In this document: piece by piece, positions 63,841-64,000 of the stretch
How positions within the stretch are numbered: the first letter of the stretch is position 1
Layout: the number at the start of each line of letters is the position of its first letter
Source: Sphyrna mokarran
Taxonomy: Eukaryota
Direction: 5' to 3'
DNA: 64,000 nt
NCBI GenBank assembly: GCA_024679065.1
Contig: JAGIQG010000010.1
Location: 64,852,001 to 64,916,000 of the forward strand
Made by a program: the position numbers and the translations under genes
Notes under the pieces: model-generated
What the model was told of the DNA's origin: nothing
Database searches by the model: none
What the model saw: only the letters and a program-made list of their open reading frames with translations

Positions 63841-64000
63841 AATAAGCTGGAGTCTTGGAACAATGGTTGCATTTCCATATGAATATAATCAGGTATTTGC
63901 CAGTAATCCTTTCGTAAAGATGGCATTCGCTATACTTCTTGCTGAAATTAATAATAATTTCTTTGGGAGGTGAAAATCAAATTGGTTTTGGCAGAATAAA

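Overview
Eukaryotic, AT-rich, CpG-depleted genomic DNA that looks intronic or intergenic. The repeat content (HE1-type V-SINEs, CR1/HER1-type LINEs, SacSINE1-like DeuSINEs, Rex1/Babar, L2) points to a cartilaginous fish, most likely a shark (inference from recalled repeat families). I recognise no intact host protein-coding gene. The only ORFs with recognisable homology are broken CR1 LINE endonuclease/RT fragments (7.3-8.5 kb and 28.8-31.2 kb, minus strand). The most unusual signal is a family of short Penelope-like inverted-repeat insertions (5 copies, with 8-14 bp target-site duplications) carrying remnants of a minimal hammerhead-ribozyme core. Two copies form near-perfect hairpins (68-bp arms at ~36.0 kb, 41-bp arms at ~53.0 kb) whose two arms share private substitutions, which suggests arm-to-arm homogenisation. 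Also seen: a second hammerhead-like short repeat family, nested TE insertions, V-SINEs with two different 3' tails, and a CCAAT-rich promoter-like TE-free segment at ~25.3-25.7 kb. All repeat names come from recalled consensus features, not database searches, and the boundaries of old elements are approximate.
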